Positions 20,614-30,656 are shown, numbered from the stretch's first letter. The stretch is 64,000 bases of DNA from Candidatus Bathyarchaeota archaeon (GCA_018396535.1 JAGTQC010000002.1:71152-135151); one strand, 5' to 3'. The notes: a model not told the origin generated them from the sequence alone. Numbers and translations: made by a program.

Positions 20614-21618
20614 ATGATAGAGGAGGAGGGATGTACATTGATATTTCTAGGTGTGGATGGCGGGGCGACTAAGACTGTAGCTATAATAGCTGATGAAAAT
20701 GGTAGGTTATATGGGGTTGGATACTCGGGTTCTTCATCCCATCATTTTGTAGGATATGAATCTGCTAAGATGAATGTGCTTAAAGCTGTGGAAACAGCTT
20801 TACGCTATGCTGGTATGAGTTGGGGCGATATCGATGGTGTATGCTATGGGTTATCATCGGTAGGCGATACGCCTATGGATACTGAGATAGTTAGAAGCTT
20901 TGTATCAGAGATAACTCCTATAGATTTCATACTGGTTAACGATGTTGTGAACGCATACTACGCTACATGTCTAGGTGAGCCTGGGGTGGTTGTAGTAGCT
21001 GGTACAGGCTCTATAGCTTATGGTAGAAGCGGTATATACGAAGTTAGGGTTGGGGGTTGGGGTCAGCTTATAGGCGATGAGGGAAGCGCTGTCTATATAG
21101 CTAGGCGAGCTCTACAGGAAGCTACTAAAGCGTGTGATGGTAGGGGTGAGTATACGATTCTCATAGATCGCATACCTAGAGCATTAGGCTTCAAAAGTTT
21201 AGAAGAGGTTACGTTCAACTTAATGACGATGAAAATTAGTCTAATAGAGCTAGCTAGATTAGCACCAGTAGTAGCTGAAGCTGCTGTTAATGGTGATAGA
21301 GTTGCTATCGATATTTTGAAAGAATCTGGTAGAGAGCTGGCTTTGCTAGCTATAGCGTGTCTTAGAAGGCTTAGACTCGAGCACGGAATCGTAGGTGCTT
21401 CAGGAGGTGTATTCAAATCTGGAGCTTTAGTATGGGATACGTTTAAGTCTATTGTGAAAGCATCATATCCACATGTAGAGTTCACTGATCCAATATATGG
21501 ATGGCAGCCTGCTGCAGGAGCTATAGTTTTAGCTGCATATAAGCACGGTATACGTATCGATAGAAGAGTGTTAACTCGATTATTCGAAGCTATAAAGGTA
21601 GAAGAGGCTAAGCTATGA
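20614..21618 (+). CDS. BadF/BadG/BcrA/BcrD-type ATPase (N-acetylglucosamine-kinase-like sugar kinase)
   Basis: N-terminal 'FLGVDGGATKTVAII' phosphate-1 motif, 'VVVAGTGSIAYG' phosphate-2 motif and 'GGWGQLIGDEGSA'. ASKHA fold. Confidence 0.7.
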   Translation: MIEEEGCTLIFLGVDGGATKTVAIIADENGRLYGVGYSGSSSHHFVGYESAKMNVLKAVETALRYAGMSWGDIDGVCYGLSSVGDTPMDTEIVRSFVSEITPIDFILVNDVVNAYYATCLGEPGVVVVAGTGSIAYGRSGIYEVRVGGWGQLIGDEGSAVYIARRALQEATKACDGRGEYTILIDRIPRALGFKSLEEVTFNLMTMKISLIELARLAPVVAEAAVNGDRVAIDILKESGRELALLAIACLRRLRLEHGIVGASGGVFKSGALVWDTFKSIVKASYPHVEFTDPIYGWQPAAGAIVLAAYKHGIRIDRRVLTRLFEAIKVEEAKL

Positions 21619-22164
21619 TACTCTAGTTAACTCAGATAGCCTTATCCTACATGATTCGCAGAATCTGAAGCTTTTAATATCAACATCCAGTATCGAGTTG
21701 GAGAAGCTCATTACACACCTAGGGTTAGAGCAATGTTTTAATCCATACGTATGCCCTAATTCGTGTACCGCTTCCTTTAAGAGCCTCTCTGCGAGAAGAT
21801 TTGAATCGGGTTCCCCTCCATAAAATTCGGGTCTCAACCTATGTAGACTTACTATAGCATAGTTTCCAGGAGATTCTGCTTGACCGAATACGAAGTTTAA
21901 CCCTGAGACGTAGAGATCAAGGTCTGTTACTATTAGTATACTAGCCTTACCACAACCTATGTTAGTTGATCTAATATTATCCAGTATGATAGTTGAATGG
22001 TACTGCTTTCTACGAGCGTTGTATGCATTCAGTGGGAGTTGTATAGGGTGGAAGAGTATAGATACGCAGGTATTGAACATTTCGCTAAGCTCATCCTTAA
22101 GTCGTGACAGTAGATCGATATTTACTTCGCCTAGAGGTATTAGTACTATAGGCTTCATAACCAT
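21613..22164 (-). CDS. amzA: Archaemetzincin (zinc metalloprotease)
   Basis: 'HELGHTYGLKHC' HExxHxxGxxH motif, then 'CVMS...C..C' as a second zinc site. 183 aa. Confidence 0.85.
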   Translation of the reverse strand: MVMKPIVLIPLGEVNIDLLSRLKDELSEMFNTCVSILFHPIQLPLNAYNARRKQYHSTIILDNIRSTNIGCGKASILIVTDLDLYVSGLNFVFGQAESPGNYAIVSLHRLRPEFYGGEPDSNLLAERLLKEAVHELGHTYGLKHCSNPRCVMSFSNSILDVDIKSFRFCESCRIRLSELTRVS

Positions 22165-22165
22165 T

Positions 22166-23425
22166 CTAGGATACTTCGTATGTCTTTAGGATATCTGCTC
22201 TCATACATCTATACCCCTTCTCCTCTACTAAATTCTGTAGTTTAACCATCTTATCTGGCTCTCCATGCATGAGGAATATCTGAGCATCTTTACCTATTTT
22301 CTCTATTATCCTAACTAAGCCACTATGGCCGGCATGACTGGAGAAGTCAAAGTGTTTCACTTTAGCTTTAACCTGTTTAGCCTTCCCCTTTACCATAAAC
22401 TTACCTGTTTTCAGAAGAATATCTCCAGGTGTACCTGGTATCTGGTAGCTTACGAGGAATATACCGTTTTCATGTTTACCCATAAGCCTCTCCATATAGA
22501 ATACAGCCATCCCACCTTTAAGCATACCTGCAGGACTTACTATCACACAGGGTTTCTTTAGTATATTTTTCCTATCCTTCCATCCGGATGGCCAGTCGGC
22601 CATCCCCCAAGCTTTCTTAAATAGTCCGCTATCCCTAAGCTTAGATGAGTGTTTCAACAATATCTCACCAGCTTTTACAGCCATCCCATCGATATAGACG
22701 GGATACTCGATATTATAGGCTGATAGTATACATAGAATTTCATGAGCTCTACCTACACTGAAAGCTGGTATCAAAACCTTACCGTTATTATCTAGTATGT
22801 TATATACATCTTCTATGAATTCCTTTTCAAGCTTAGCTCTTTCAGGATGTTCTTCTCCAGCATAAGTAGCTTCCATTATAGCTACATCTATCTTGCCATA
22901 ATCTAAGTCTGCTCCCTTGAGGAGTCTTGTATCTATATCGTTAATATCCCCGGTATATAGGAGCCTTAAACCACTACTATCCTCTAGTATAACTTGTACA
23001 GATCCAGGTATATGACCTGAATTCAGGAATCTAACATTGAAATCTCCTATTTCGAAGTCCATACCAGGCTCCATAATCCTAGCTGATGATATCATATTCT
23101 CAACTTCTATAGTTTCAAATGGGAGATAGTAACCTGATAATCTTAGGAAATCCTTCAGTAGTAGATCGGTATACTCTAGGGTAAGTGATGAAAGGTATAG
23201 TGGTATACGTCTAGAGACGTAAAAGTATGGTGCTGCACCTGTATGATCTAGGTGAGCGTGGGTTAGTATTATTCCATCTATATCTTTTGGGGGGATATGG
23301 GCGGGAAATCCAGGTATATGATTTAAAGCTACGCCATAGTCTAGTATAAGCTTAGTACCTTCCGATTCTACTAAGATAGCTGACCTACCTACGGAGTCTG
23401 TACCACCTAGGAATGTAATCTTCAA
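22166..23425 (-). CDS. Metallo-beta-lactamase / beta-CASP family ribonuclease (aCPSF2-like)
   Basis: 'ILTHAHLDHTGAAP' motif, an 'ATYAGE' motif, and the C-terminal His of beta-CASP ('HGEP'). 419 aa. Abuts the archaemetzincin gene on the same strand. Confidence 0.8.
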   Translation of the reverse strand: MKITFLGGTDSVGRSAILVESEGTKLILDYGVALNHIPGFPAHIPPKDIDGIILTHAHLDHTGAAPYFYVSRRIPLYLSSLTLEYTDLLLKDFLRLSGYYLPFETIEVENMISSARIMEPGMDFEIGDFNVRFLNSGHIPGSVQVILEDSSGLRLLYTGDINDIDTRLLKGADLDYGKIDVAIMEATYAGEEHPERAKLEKEFIEDVYNILDNNGKVLIPAFSVGRAHEILCILSAYNIEYPVYIDGMAVKAGEILLKHSSKLRDSGLFKKAWGMADWPSGWKDRKNILKKPCVIVSPAGMLKGGMAVFYMERLMGKHENGIFLVSYQIPGTPGDILLKTGKFMVKGKAKQVKAKVKHFDFSSHAGHSGLVRIIEKIGKDAQIFLMHGEPDKMVKLQNLVEEKGYRCMRADILKTYEVS

Positions 23426-23453
23426 GGTTTAATCAAACCCACCTCACTACTCG

Positions 23454-23756
23454 CTAGCCTCCTAAAGGCATATACCTAGGCATTACACCTATCAATAGCG
23501 ATACTATAAACAGCAGCCAGGAGATTATAAGTATTACTCGAACGATCTTTCTAGCAGCTGCTACGAATTCTAATATCAGATATAACGCTGTTAACGCTAC
23601 TAATAGTGTACATATATCACTATAGGTTGCCGCAGCTTCAGGAGCAGCTTTGAATACCGTACTCGATAGTATGAATCGTATGAATTCACGTAGATAATGG
23701 TATATAGTCCATAGAAAGTTTATCAGAGACTCTGGTGAGGGGGTAGGTAAAGACAT
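23454..23756 (-). CDS. Small membrane protein
   Basis: 100 aa with two or three hydrophobic helices. No motif. Confidence 0.3.
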   Translation of the reverse strand: MSLPTPSPESLINFLWTIYHYLREFIRFILSSTVFKAAPEAAATYSDICTLLVALTALYLILEFVAAARKIVRVILIISWLLFIVSLLIGVMPRYMPLGG

Positions 23757-23801
23757 CTCTCCAATACAATTGTAAGCTCAAGATACTTAAACTCTTCCTA
23801 T

Positions 23802-24725
23802 TCAAGTTAACCCTCCAAGCATAAATCCTATAATTCCCATTAACATTAGTATTAGAACGGTATTTTTAACCTTCAAAGCTGTCTCTCTCGATAAGCTACG
23901 TCGAAGCTCAACTATAGAGTATATGAAGCCTAAATCGACGAACGCTATGATGGGGTAATAGTATACGGATACTAGACCTAGTATGGGTGGTATGATGCTC
24001 AAAGCTACCGCTAATATGTACAGTATAGATGCTAAATTAGATGCAGCCCTTTCTCCATATCTAACTGCTGGAGATTTCACACCGTGTGAACGATCACCTT
24101 CGATATCAGCTATACCCTTTGTAATCTCTCTACCCAAATTCGCTAGAAAGGCTATTGATGAGAATAGTATTATAAGAATGAAGCTTCCATCCACTCCTCT
24201 ATTATATATGGATAGAGCTGCTAAACCACCATATACGAATGGGGCTGAGACACATAGACTTACCATGATATTTCCTAAAAATCCAAGTCTCTTAATCCTC
24301 CATGAGTAGAGATATGATATTATAGCGAAGAATACTGCATAGAGGAAGCATATAGGAGAAGTTAGTATAGATGATGATAGACCTAAACCTAGCAGGGTTA
24401 TGGATAGTATTAAAGCTAATCTAGGTGTAACAGCTCCTGATGGTATGGGTCTATGAGGCGCGTTTATACGATCTATAGGTAGGTCGAAATAATCGTTGAG
24501 AGCCATAGACGCTCCACAGAGGGTAAACCCTGTGATATATGGAGGGATAACATGACTAGGTATATACTCAAACCTACGTAAAACTATACATATACCTACA
24601 TAAACTGCTAAACCCATCATGAAACAGTTGATCGGGCGGATAAGCCTTATACAGCCGTATACCTTCTTCAAAGCGCTTCGAAACCTAAAAATTGAGTAGA
24701 ACAATTTAAAGCTATCACCCCTCAT
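23802..24725 (-). CDS. UbiA-family prenyltransferase, probable (S)-2,3-di-O-geranylgeranylglyceryl phosphate synthase
   Basis: Asp-rich motif 'NDYFDLPIDRINAPHRPIPSG', 8-9 TM segments and a second 'DIEGD' motif. Typical of archaeal DGGGP synthase. Confidence 0.7.
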   Translation of the reverse strand: MRGDSFKLFYSIFRFRSALKKVYGCIRLIRPINCFMMGLAVYVGICIVLRRFEYIPSHVIPPYITGFTLCGASMALNDYFDLPIDRINAPHRPIPSGAVTPRLALILSITLLGLGLSSSILTSPICFLYAVFFAIISYLYSWRIKRLGFLGNIMVSLCVSAPFVYGGLAALSIYNRGVDGSFILIILFSSIAFLANLGREITKGIADIEGDRSHGVKSPAVRYGERAASNLASILYILAVALSIIPPILGLVSVYYYPIIAFVDLGFIYSIVELRRSLSRETALKVKNTVLILMLMGIIGFMLGGLT

Positions 24726-24985
24726 AAAGGACTAGTATTGAATCTAAACATTTATCTACAACTGGCTATCAAATCTATCATCGATGATGAGCGACCCTGT
24801 CTATGTATGTAGATGGCTTACATGCTTGAGCCAGATGACGAAGCGAGCAGACCCTGAAATAGAATAATACTTATTAGCTAGCGGTATACGATTCAAGAAT
24901 TTGGATGATTAAAGCTGGTATTGCTGAAAGCCTGTAGAAGGCTTTATGATGTTAGACACCAATTATGACGAACATTACTCTGATT

Positions 24986-25771
24986 CTACCCATAGACTAT
25001 ATTTAGTACGGGTGCTAGCAACATATCTCCCACCGGCGATAATATGAAGCCTAGAGTGAAGAATAATAGTAAGGGTATACCGAATGATACATATATATGG
25101 CTAATGTTTAATTTACGATATTTTTCTAGAATTTTAATTCTGGATTCAGTACTAAATTCTATACCTATATTAACATTTATTCTACGTATTATTTTCCCAT
25201 TGCTATCTTCTATACTCTCAACTGGATAAAGATAGTTTTTAGAAGCGAAAACTTCTAATGGAACCTTATAACATATGAAGTATAATATTATCATTTTTAG
25301 CATATTTAGATCTTTAAACTCTGAGAATGGTTTATCACTAGATAATAATGCTTTAATATTAGTCATAAACGTGAGTATAGAAGTTGTTAAAGCTAATAGA
25401 ATACCGTTATTAAAACATGTAAGCGTCATTATAGGTGTAGTATAGGATAGAATGGGGTTATATAAATCATAAGGGTATCTAGGTATGGTTAGCGTTAGTA
25501 GTACTAATGCCTTTGCATCACCACCACCATAGAGACCGAGTAGTGCTGGAGTGATGGCTAGGATTAGAGATATAGCCATGAACAACAGCGTCTCCATGAT
25601 ATAGATCGGTGTTAATACTAGATCTAACGCTAATAGGGATAGACCTACCGGATAGGATAATACCCATACATCATCTGGTACCTCTCTATATTTCAAATCT
25701 AGTATTGTAGTATATATGTAGATCGAAGCTATGAATAGCATCCTCAAGTATAGTATATATTCTCTAATCAA
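24986..25771 (-). CDS. Type IV prepilin/preflagellin peptidase (A24 family, PibD/FlaK-like)
   Basis: Polytopic membrane protein with the 'LDLKYREVPDD' first-Asp region and a 'LYGGGDAKAL' GxGDxK second catalytic Asp motif. Overlaps the agmatinase gene by 4 nt. Confidence 0.6.
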   Translation of the reverse strand: MIREYILYLRMLFIASIYIYTTILDLKYREVPDDVWVLSYPVGLSLLALDLVLTPIYIMETLLFMAISLILAITPALLGLYGGGDAKALVLLTLTIPRYPYDLYNPILSYTTPIMTLTCFNNGILLALTTSILTFMTNIKALLSSDKPFSEFKDLNMLKMIILYFICYKVPLEVFASKNYLYPVESIEDSNGKIIRRINVNIGIEFSTESRIKILEKYRKLNISHIYVSFGIPLLLFFTLGFILSPVGDMLLAPVLNIVYG

Positions 25772-26649
25772 CGTCGACCAACCTCGATGTAACCTATAGC
25801 TTCTATCAATATCTTAGATGCTTGTAGTATTGTTAAACCGCTATCGTACATAGGCGTAGCTTCGACTATATCTAAGCCTATAACCTTATAGGATGCTAGA
25901 TACTCGATTATATCGAGAAGCATGCCAGTATCTATACCATCTGGCTCCGGATTTGCTACGCTAGGAGCGTAAGCTGGGTCTAGTACATCCATATCTATCG
26001 ATATGTATATCGGGGTATTCTTATCTAATCTAGATTCTACTATGGAGATAGCCTTCTTGAACCCCCTTCTTAAATCCAATGTTGTGATGTATGGAATATT
26101 CATACTGGAGGAGAATATATACTCCTCCTTCGATATAGCTCGTACACCTATATGGAAAATGGATTTAACGTTACTTAGTTCAAGTATCCTCCTAGCTACA
26201 GTTGCATGACATACTTTGCAACCTAGATATTCGTCTCTTAGATCGAGATGCGCATCTAGAAATACGACTTGCACTTCTGGTAAAGTTTTGACTATACCTA
26301 ACGTTAACGTATGCTCTCCACCTATAGTTATAGGTATCTTACCATAACCTATTATCTCTGAAACAACTGATTTAACCATGTGTAACATCTCATCTACGGA
26401 TAGCGATTCATTCAAATCGCCTATATCGCATAACGCTACATCCTCTAGATCTATACCGGTTCTTATACTATAGGTTTCTAAGTTATCGATGAGTGTACGG
26501 ATAGCTTGAGGTGTAAACCTTGACCCCGATCTAAAGGTTGAAGTACTATCGAAGGGTACACCTAGAATTACATATTTGGAATCTTCGAATTTACGTCTAG
26601 ATCCTAGTATAGGCTTAGATGGCTTTACATATAGGTTTATATACCCCAT
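25768..26649 (-). CDS. speB: Agmatinase (arginase/ureohydrolase family)
   Basis: 'GGEHTLTLG', 'FLDAHLDL', 'SIDMDVLDPAYAP' Mn-binding motifs of the arginase/agmatinase family. Confidence 0.85.
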   Translation of the reverse strand: MGYINLYVKPSKPILGSRRKFEDSKYVILGVPFDSTSTFRSGSRFTPQAIRTLIDNLETYSIRTGIDLEDVALCDIGDLNESLSVDEMLHMVKSVVSEIIGYGKIPITIGGEHTLTLGIVKTLPEVQVVFLDAHLDLRDEYLGCKVCHATVARRILELSNVKSIFHIGVRAISKEEYIFSSSMNIPYITTLDLRRGFKKAISIVESRLDKNTPIYISIDMDVLDPAYAPSVANPEPDGIDTGMLLDIIEYLASYKVIGLDIVEATPMYDSGLTILQASKILIEAIGYIEVGRR

Positions 26650-26757
26650 AAATCTCCACCAGATACCCTATATATTCCTCCTTAATAATGCAGTTAATCT
26701 AAACTCTTACATCAAATATAGCACTAGACTAATATCGATATAAACTCTATACTATAT

Positions 26758-27330
26758 GTGATAGCTTTGCATATAGTAGCGTTCGCCACGGGTAATCCTA
26801 GGAAAGCTGAAGAAGTTCGAAGTATACTTAGATCCTATGATATAGATGTAGAGGTGGTCAAGGTTCGTAAAATCGAAATACAAGATGATAGTATAGAGAG
26901 GATAGCTGCCTTTTCAGCTAGGATCCTAGCTAGGAGGATAGGGAAACCTTTAGTTGTAGAGGATACAGGGTTATTCATAGATGCGCTTAAAGGCTTCCCT
27001 GGACCATACTCCGCTTATGTATATAGGACGATAGGTTTAAAAGGTGTATTGAAGCTTATGGAAGGTGTAGAAGATAGACACGCTACTTTTGTATGCGTAG
27101 TCGCGTATTGTGAACCTGGTTATAGACCTATAGTCTTCGAGGGTAGGGTTAGAGGGCGTATAGCAGACGAGGCTAGAGGCTCTTTTGGATGGGGTTATGA
27201 TCCTATATTCGAGCCTGATGGCTATAATAAAACATACGCTGAGATGGGAGTGTATAAAAATGAAGTGAGTCATAGAGCTGAAGCTTTTAGAAAATTTGCT
27301 AACTGGTACATAGAATCGAAGAGGGTTTAA
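26758..27330 (+). CDS. Non-canonical purine NTP pyrophosphatase (Ham1/RdgB/ITPase)
   Basis: 'FATGNPRKAEE' and 'EDTGL' plus 'FGWGYDPIF' motifs of the Ham1 family. Confidence 0.85.
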   Translation: MIALHIVAFATGNPRKAEEVRSILRSYDIDVEVVKVRKIEIQDDSIERIAAFSARILARRIGKPLVVEDTGLFIDALKGFPGPYSAYVYRTIGLKGVLKLMEGVEDRHATFVCVVAYCEPGYRPIVFEGRVRGRIADEARGSFGWGYDPIFEPDGYNKTYAEMGVYKNEVSHRAEAFRKFANWYIESKRV

Positions 27331-27390
27331 ATAGTAGATAGTATAGTTAAGCAGTAGATCTAGCTTAGATGTGTAGGGAGGAGTAAGTAG

Positions 27391-27837
27391 TTGAAGAGGA
27401 GAGCGCATGCTAGGGGGAGATCCCATTCGAAGAGGCCTATAAGTAAGAGGCCTCCTTCCTGGTGTACCTACACCCCAGATGAGGTTGAAGCTCTAGTAGT
27501 TAAGCTAGGTAGACAGATGATACCGCCAAGTATGATAGGCGTTATCCTTAGGGATCAGTATGGCATACCCCTAGTTAAAAACATAACTGGTAAAACTGTA
27601 ACGGAGATTCTTAGAGAGCATAATCTAGAACCTTCTCTACCTGAAGATCTAGCAAACCTCCTTAAGAAAGCTGAACGGTTGAAGAAGCATCTTGAAGTTC
27701 ATAAAAGTGATGGGTCGAATAAGAGAGCTCTTCAGCTTATAGAATCTAAGATACATAAGCTAGCTAAATACTATAAGCGTATAGGTAGGCTACCTGAAGA
27801 TTGGAGTTATAAAGCTGCTATACTATCTGCAGGTTAG
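27391..27837 (+). CDS. rps15p: 30S ribosomal protein S15P/S13e
   Basis: Basic N-terminus and a conserved central region 'IPPSMIGVILRDQYGIP', with the C-terminal S15 helix 'RLKKHLEVHKSD..KRALQLIESKIHKL'. Confidence 0.85.
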   Translation: MKRRAHARGRSHSKRPISKRPPSWCTYTPDEVEALVVKLGRQMIPPSMIGVILRDQYGIPLVKNITGKTVTEILREHNLEPSLPEDLANLLKKAERLKKHLEVHKSDGSNKRALQLIESKIHKLAKYYKRIGRLPEDWSYKAAILSAG

Positions 27838-27839
27838 TT

Positions 27840-29261
27840 ATGAGCGAGGATTATGCGAAGTTTATAGATGGGGCTAGAAAACTATCCGAAACCATATACG
27901 AGTGGGTATATGAGAATCAGCCAGTTATTATTCTAGGGCATAACGATGCGGATGGTATATCTGCTACAGCTATTATCTCTAAAACACTTTATAGAGCTGG
28001 GGTTAGGTTTCATGCTAGAATACTTCGAAGGCTTGAAGCTTCTGAGCTTGAGAGAGCTTCTAGTTCCGGTAGGATGACTATATTATGCGATATGGGTAGT
28101 GGCTATCTAAGCCTGTTATCTAAGTATAGTTGGAATGGAGGGTTAGCTATACTAGATCATCATAAACCAGAGTTATTTGAAGCTCCATCAAATTCTATAC
28201 ATATCAATCCACACCTCTACGGTCTGGATGGGGTATCTGAAATAAGCGGTTCTGGTGTAGCTTATATAGTGTCTAAAGGCTTTTCTAGAGTAGAGTGTAA
28301 GGATCTAGCAGTTTTAGCTATAGTGGGAGCTTTAGGTGATATGCAGGATATAGATGTAGGTCGTAGTCTAAGAGGGGTGAATAAACTTATAGTTAAGGAA
28401 GCTGAGGGGGAGGGGTACTTAACCGTTCAGAGGGATCTACTACTACCTGGGAGGGAAAGTAGACCTATACATATAGCTTTAGCAAGCTTAGTTAATCCGT
28501 TTATACCTGGTTTATCAGGTGATGAGGATGCCTGTATATCCTTCTTATCTAAACTTGGGATAAGCCTGAAGGAATCGGGTAGATGGAGGACTCTATCAGA
28601 TCTATCTAAAGAAGAGAAGCAAATGCTATTCAATGAGCTTTTAAGATATCTTGCAGAAAACAGCTATCCAACATCTATACTCAGGGATTTGATAGGTACA
28701 GTCTATATCTTACAGAAGGAGAGGAGGTTTAGCTATATGAGGGATGCTAGGGAGTATGCATCACTATTGAATGCTTGTAGTAGGATGGGGTTATATGGGT
28801 TAGCATTAACCATAGCTATGGGTGATAGAGGGGATGATACGATAGCGAAGGCGGAATCAACCTATATAGATTATCGTAGGAAGATTTCTAGTTATATACG
28901 TACTATATTATCTGAGCCCGGTAGGATAATCTCTATGGGTAAATTCTATCTTCTAAAATGTTTAGATCTAGTAGAGGAGGATTTGCTTAGCGTCGTAACT
29001 TCTATCATAACGGAATCCTATCTCGCTGATAGAGGTTTACCTGTTATAGCTCTATCTGGAGCATCTAGTGGTGAAGTTAAAGTCTCGGCTAGATTACCTA
29101 GGAGTAGTAAAGTTCAGAATATGGATTTAGGTTTAGTTATGCGTAGAGCAGCTAGTAGGGTTGGAGGTGAGGGGGGAGGGCACTCGGTAGCAGCTGGAGC
29201 GTATATTGCGAAAGGTAAGGTAGAGGATTTTATAGCGGCTTTGGTAGAGGAGATGGGTTAG
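27840..29261 (+). CDS. DHH-family phosphoesterase, archaeal RecJ/Cdc45-like (GAN-type) nuclease
   Basis: 'ILGHNDADGISA' DHH motif I, 'LDHH' motif, and a DHHA1-like C-terminal 'GGGH' motif ('GGEGGGHSVAAG'). 473 aa. Confidence 0.75.
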   Translation: MSEDYAKFIDGARKLSETIYEWVYENQPVIILGHNDADGISATAIISKTLYRAGVRFHARILRRLEASELERASSSGRMTILCDMGSGYLSLLSKYSWNGGLAILDHHKPELFEAPSNSIHINPHLYGLDGVSEISGSGVAYIVSKGFSRVECKDLAVLAIVGALGDMQDIDVGRSLRGVNKLIVKEAEGEGYLTVQRDLLLPGRESRPIHIALASLVNPFIPGLSGDEDACISFLSKLGISLKESGRWRTLSDLSKEEKQMLFNELLRYLAENSYPTSILRDLIGTVYILQKERRFSYMRDAREYASLLNACSRMGLYGLALTIAMGDRGDDTIAKAESTYIDYRRKISSYIRTILSEPGRIISMGKFYLLKCLDLVEEDLLSVVTSIITESYLADRGLPVIALSGASSGEVKVSARLPRSSKVQNMDLGLVMRRAASRVGGEGGGHSVAAGAYIAKGKVEDFIAALVEEMG

Positions 29262-29515
29262 TGATACTTCTTTCAGCGAGGCTTTCTTTTAGCATTCCCC
29301 GCGATCTAGCTTGGATATTTTCTGAAGCTTTAAAACCTGATGATAAGCTTCTTCCAGAAGGATTATCTATACACTACGACCACTATGATGATAGATTGGA
29401 AGTCTTTATCGAATCCGATTTAGATATAGGTTCGTTTGCAGCTGTTTTAGATGATATATTGATGCATATATCTATGCTAGATAGATTGTTTGCTAAACTA
29501 GAGTTTAATACTTAA
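29261..29515 (+). CDS. Pcc1-like small protein (KEOPS subunit-like), tentative
   Basis: 84 aa with a Pcc1-like beta-alpha pattern ('ARLSFSIPRDLAWIFSEALKPD'). Start overlaps the stop of the RecJ-like gene. Confidence 0.35.
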   Translation: MILLSARLSFSIPRDLAWIFSEALKPDDKLLPEGLSIHYDHYDDRLEVFIESDLDIGSFAAVLDDILMHISMLDRLFAKLEFNT

Positions 29516-29558
29516 GGAGGATTTATAAGTTTCCGAGTATAGCCCTTTCTAGAAGGCT

Positions 29559-30170
29559 ATGCCGAAACCTAGGGTGAAAGCTAAAGCTAAGGTCTGGTAT
29601 CCTGTATATGCACCTCCAGCATTTGGCGAAGTAGAACTACCAGCTATAGTTAGTGATGATCCTTCAAAACTTATAGGTAGCGTAGTCGAGACTACGCTTT
29701 ACGATATAACTGGGGATTTCAGTCATATCAATATCAAGCTTAAATTCCAGATAGTGAAGGTTGAGGGGGGCAAGGCATACGCAGAGTTTAAGGGAGAAGA
29801 GTATCTAGGCGACTATCTTAGAAGCCTTGTTAGACGAGGGAGTAGTAAGATTGATAGTATATTCGATGTAGAAACGAAGGATGGGTATAAGCTCAGAATA
29901 TTCCTTTTATGCTGTACGGTTAAGCGTATAAGCCGCAGTCAAGCTAAAGCTATAAGGAGTATAGGTCGGAAGATTATAATGGAAAGAGCTTCAACTCTAA
30001 GCTTCACACAGTTTGTCCAGGAGGCTGTTCTAAGTAAGCTTGCATCTGATGTATATAACGAGGCTAAGAAGATAGCCCCGCTTAGACATGCTGGTATAAG
30101 AAAGATAAAGGTTCTAACCCCACTTGTAGGGAAGGTTGAGAAAACGGCTGAGGAGCTGTCGAAGCTATAG
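29559..30170 (+). CDS. rps3ae: 30S ribosomal protein S3Ae
   Basis: 'KVWYPVYAPPAFGEVELPAIVSDDPSKLIGSVVETTLYDITGDFSHINIKLKFQIVKVEG' is the conserved S3Ae/S1e core. Confidence 0.9.
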   Translation: MPKPRVKAKAKVWYPVYAPPAFGEVELPAIVSDDPSKLIGSVVETTLYDITGDFSHINIKLKFQIVKVEGGKAYAEFKGEEYLGDYLRSLVRRGSSKIDSIFDVETKDGYKLRIFLLCCTVKRISRSQAKAIRSIGRKIIMERASTLSFTQFVQEAVLSKLASDVYNEAKKIAPLRHAGIRKIKVLTPLVGKVEKTAEELSKL

Positions 30171-30177
30171 TAGAAGC

Positions 30178-30519
30178 TTAGAATTCATATGTTCGCTTAA
30201 TACCTATTAAGAAGAGGGTTATACCTAGCGACACTATAATAATGGATATGAAGTATGGAGTTAATTCTTTCTTCATAGATACTATAACATAGAGCCCTCC
30301 GATGCTTATGGATAATATGCCTATACCTAGAGCTGGCAATCTAGCATTGTCTATTATAAGGTCTAATATACTTAGTAGCGATAGAATGACTCCGAATACT
30401 ATGAACGTAACTGCTATCACCATACTTTCGATACCGGGTAAGTAGAATATTACGAATAATGATGACCCGATAGCTAGTAGAGCTAAACCTACTATCGATG
30501 TATACGTTAGTTTCGTCAT
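30178..30519 (-). CDS. Small membrane protein
   Basis: 113 aa with three hydrophobic helices. No motif. Confidence 0.35.
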   Translation of the reverse strand: MTKLTYTSIVGLALLAIGSSLFVIFYLPGIESMVIAVTFIVFGVILSLLSILDLIIDNARLPALGIGILSISIGGLYVIVSMKKELTPYFISIIIVSLGITLFLIGIKRTYEF

Positions 30520-30656
30520 ACCTAACGAACCTAGCTTCTATAGATGAATTAAGATTTTTACTCTAGTTAATATTAAATAGGGTAGGTTACTATATCCTAA
30601 AACTATAATTAGGAATAGAATCATTATGCTCTCTATAGTAGCTATCTTAAACTGGG

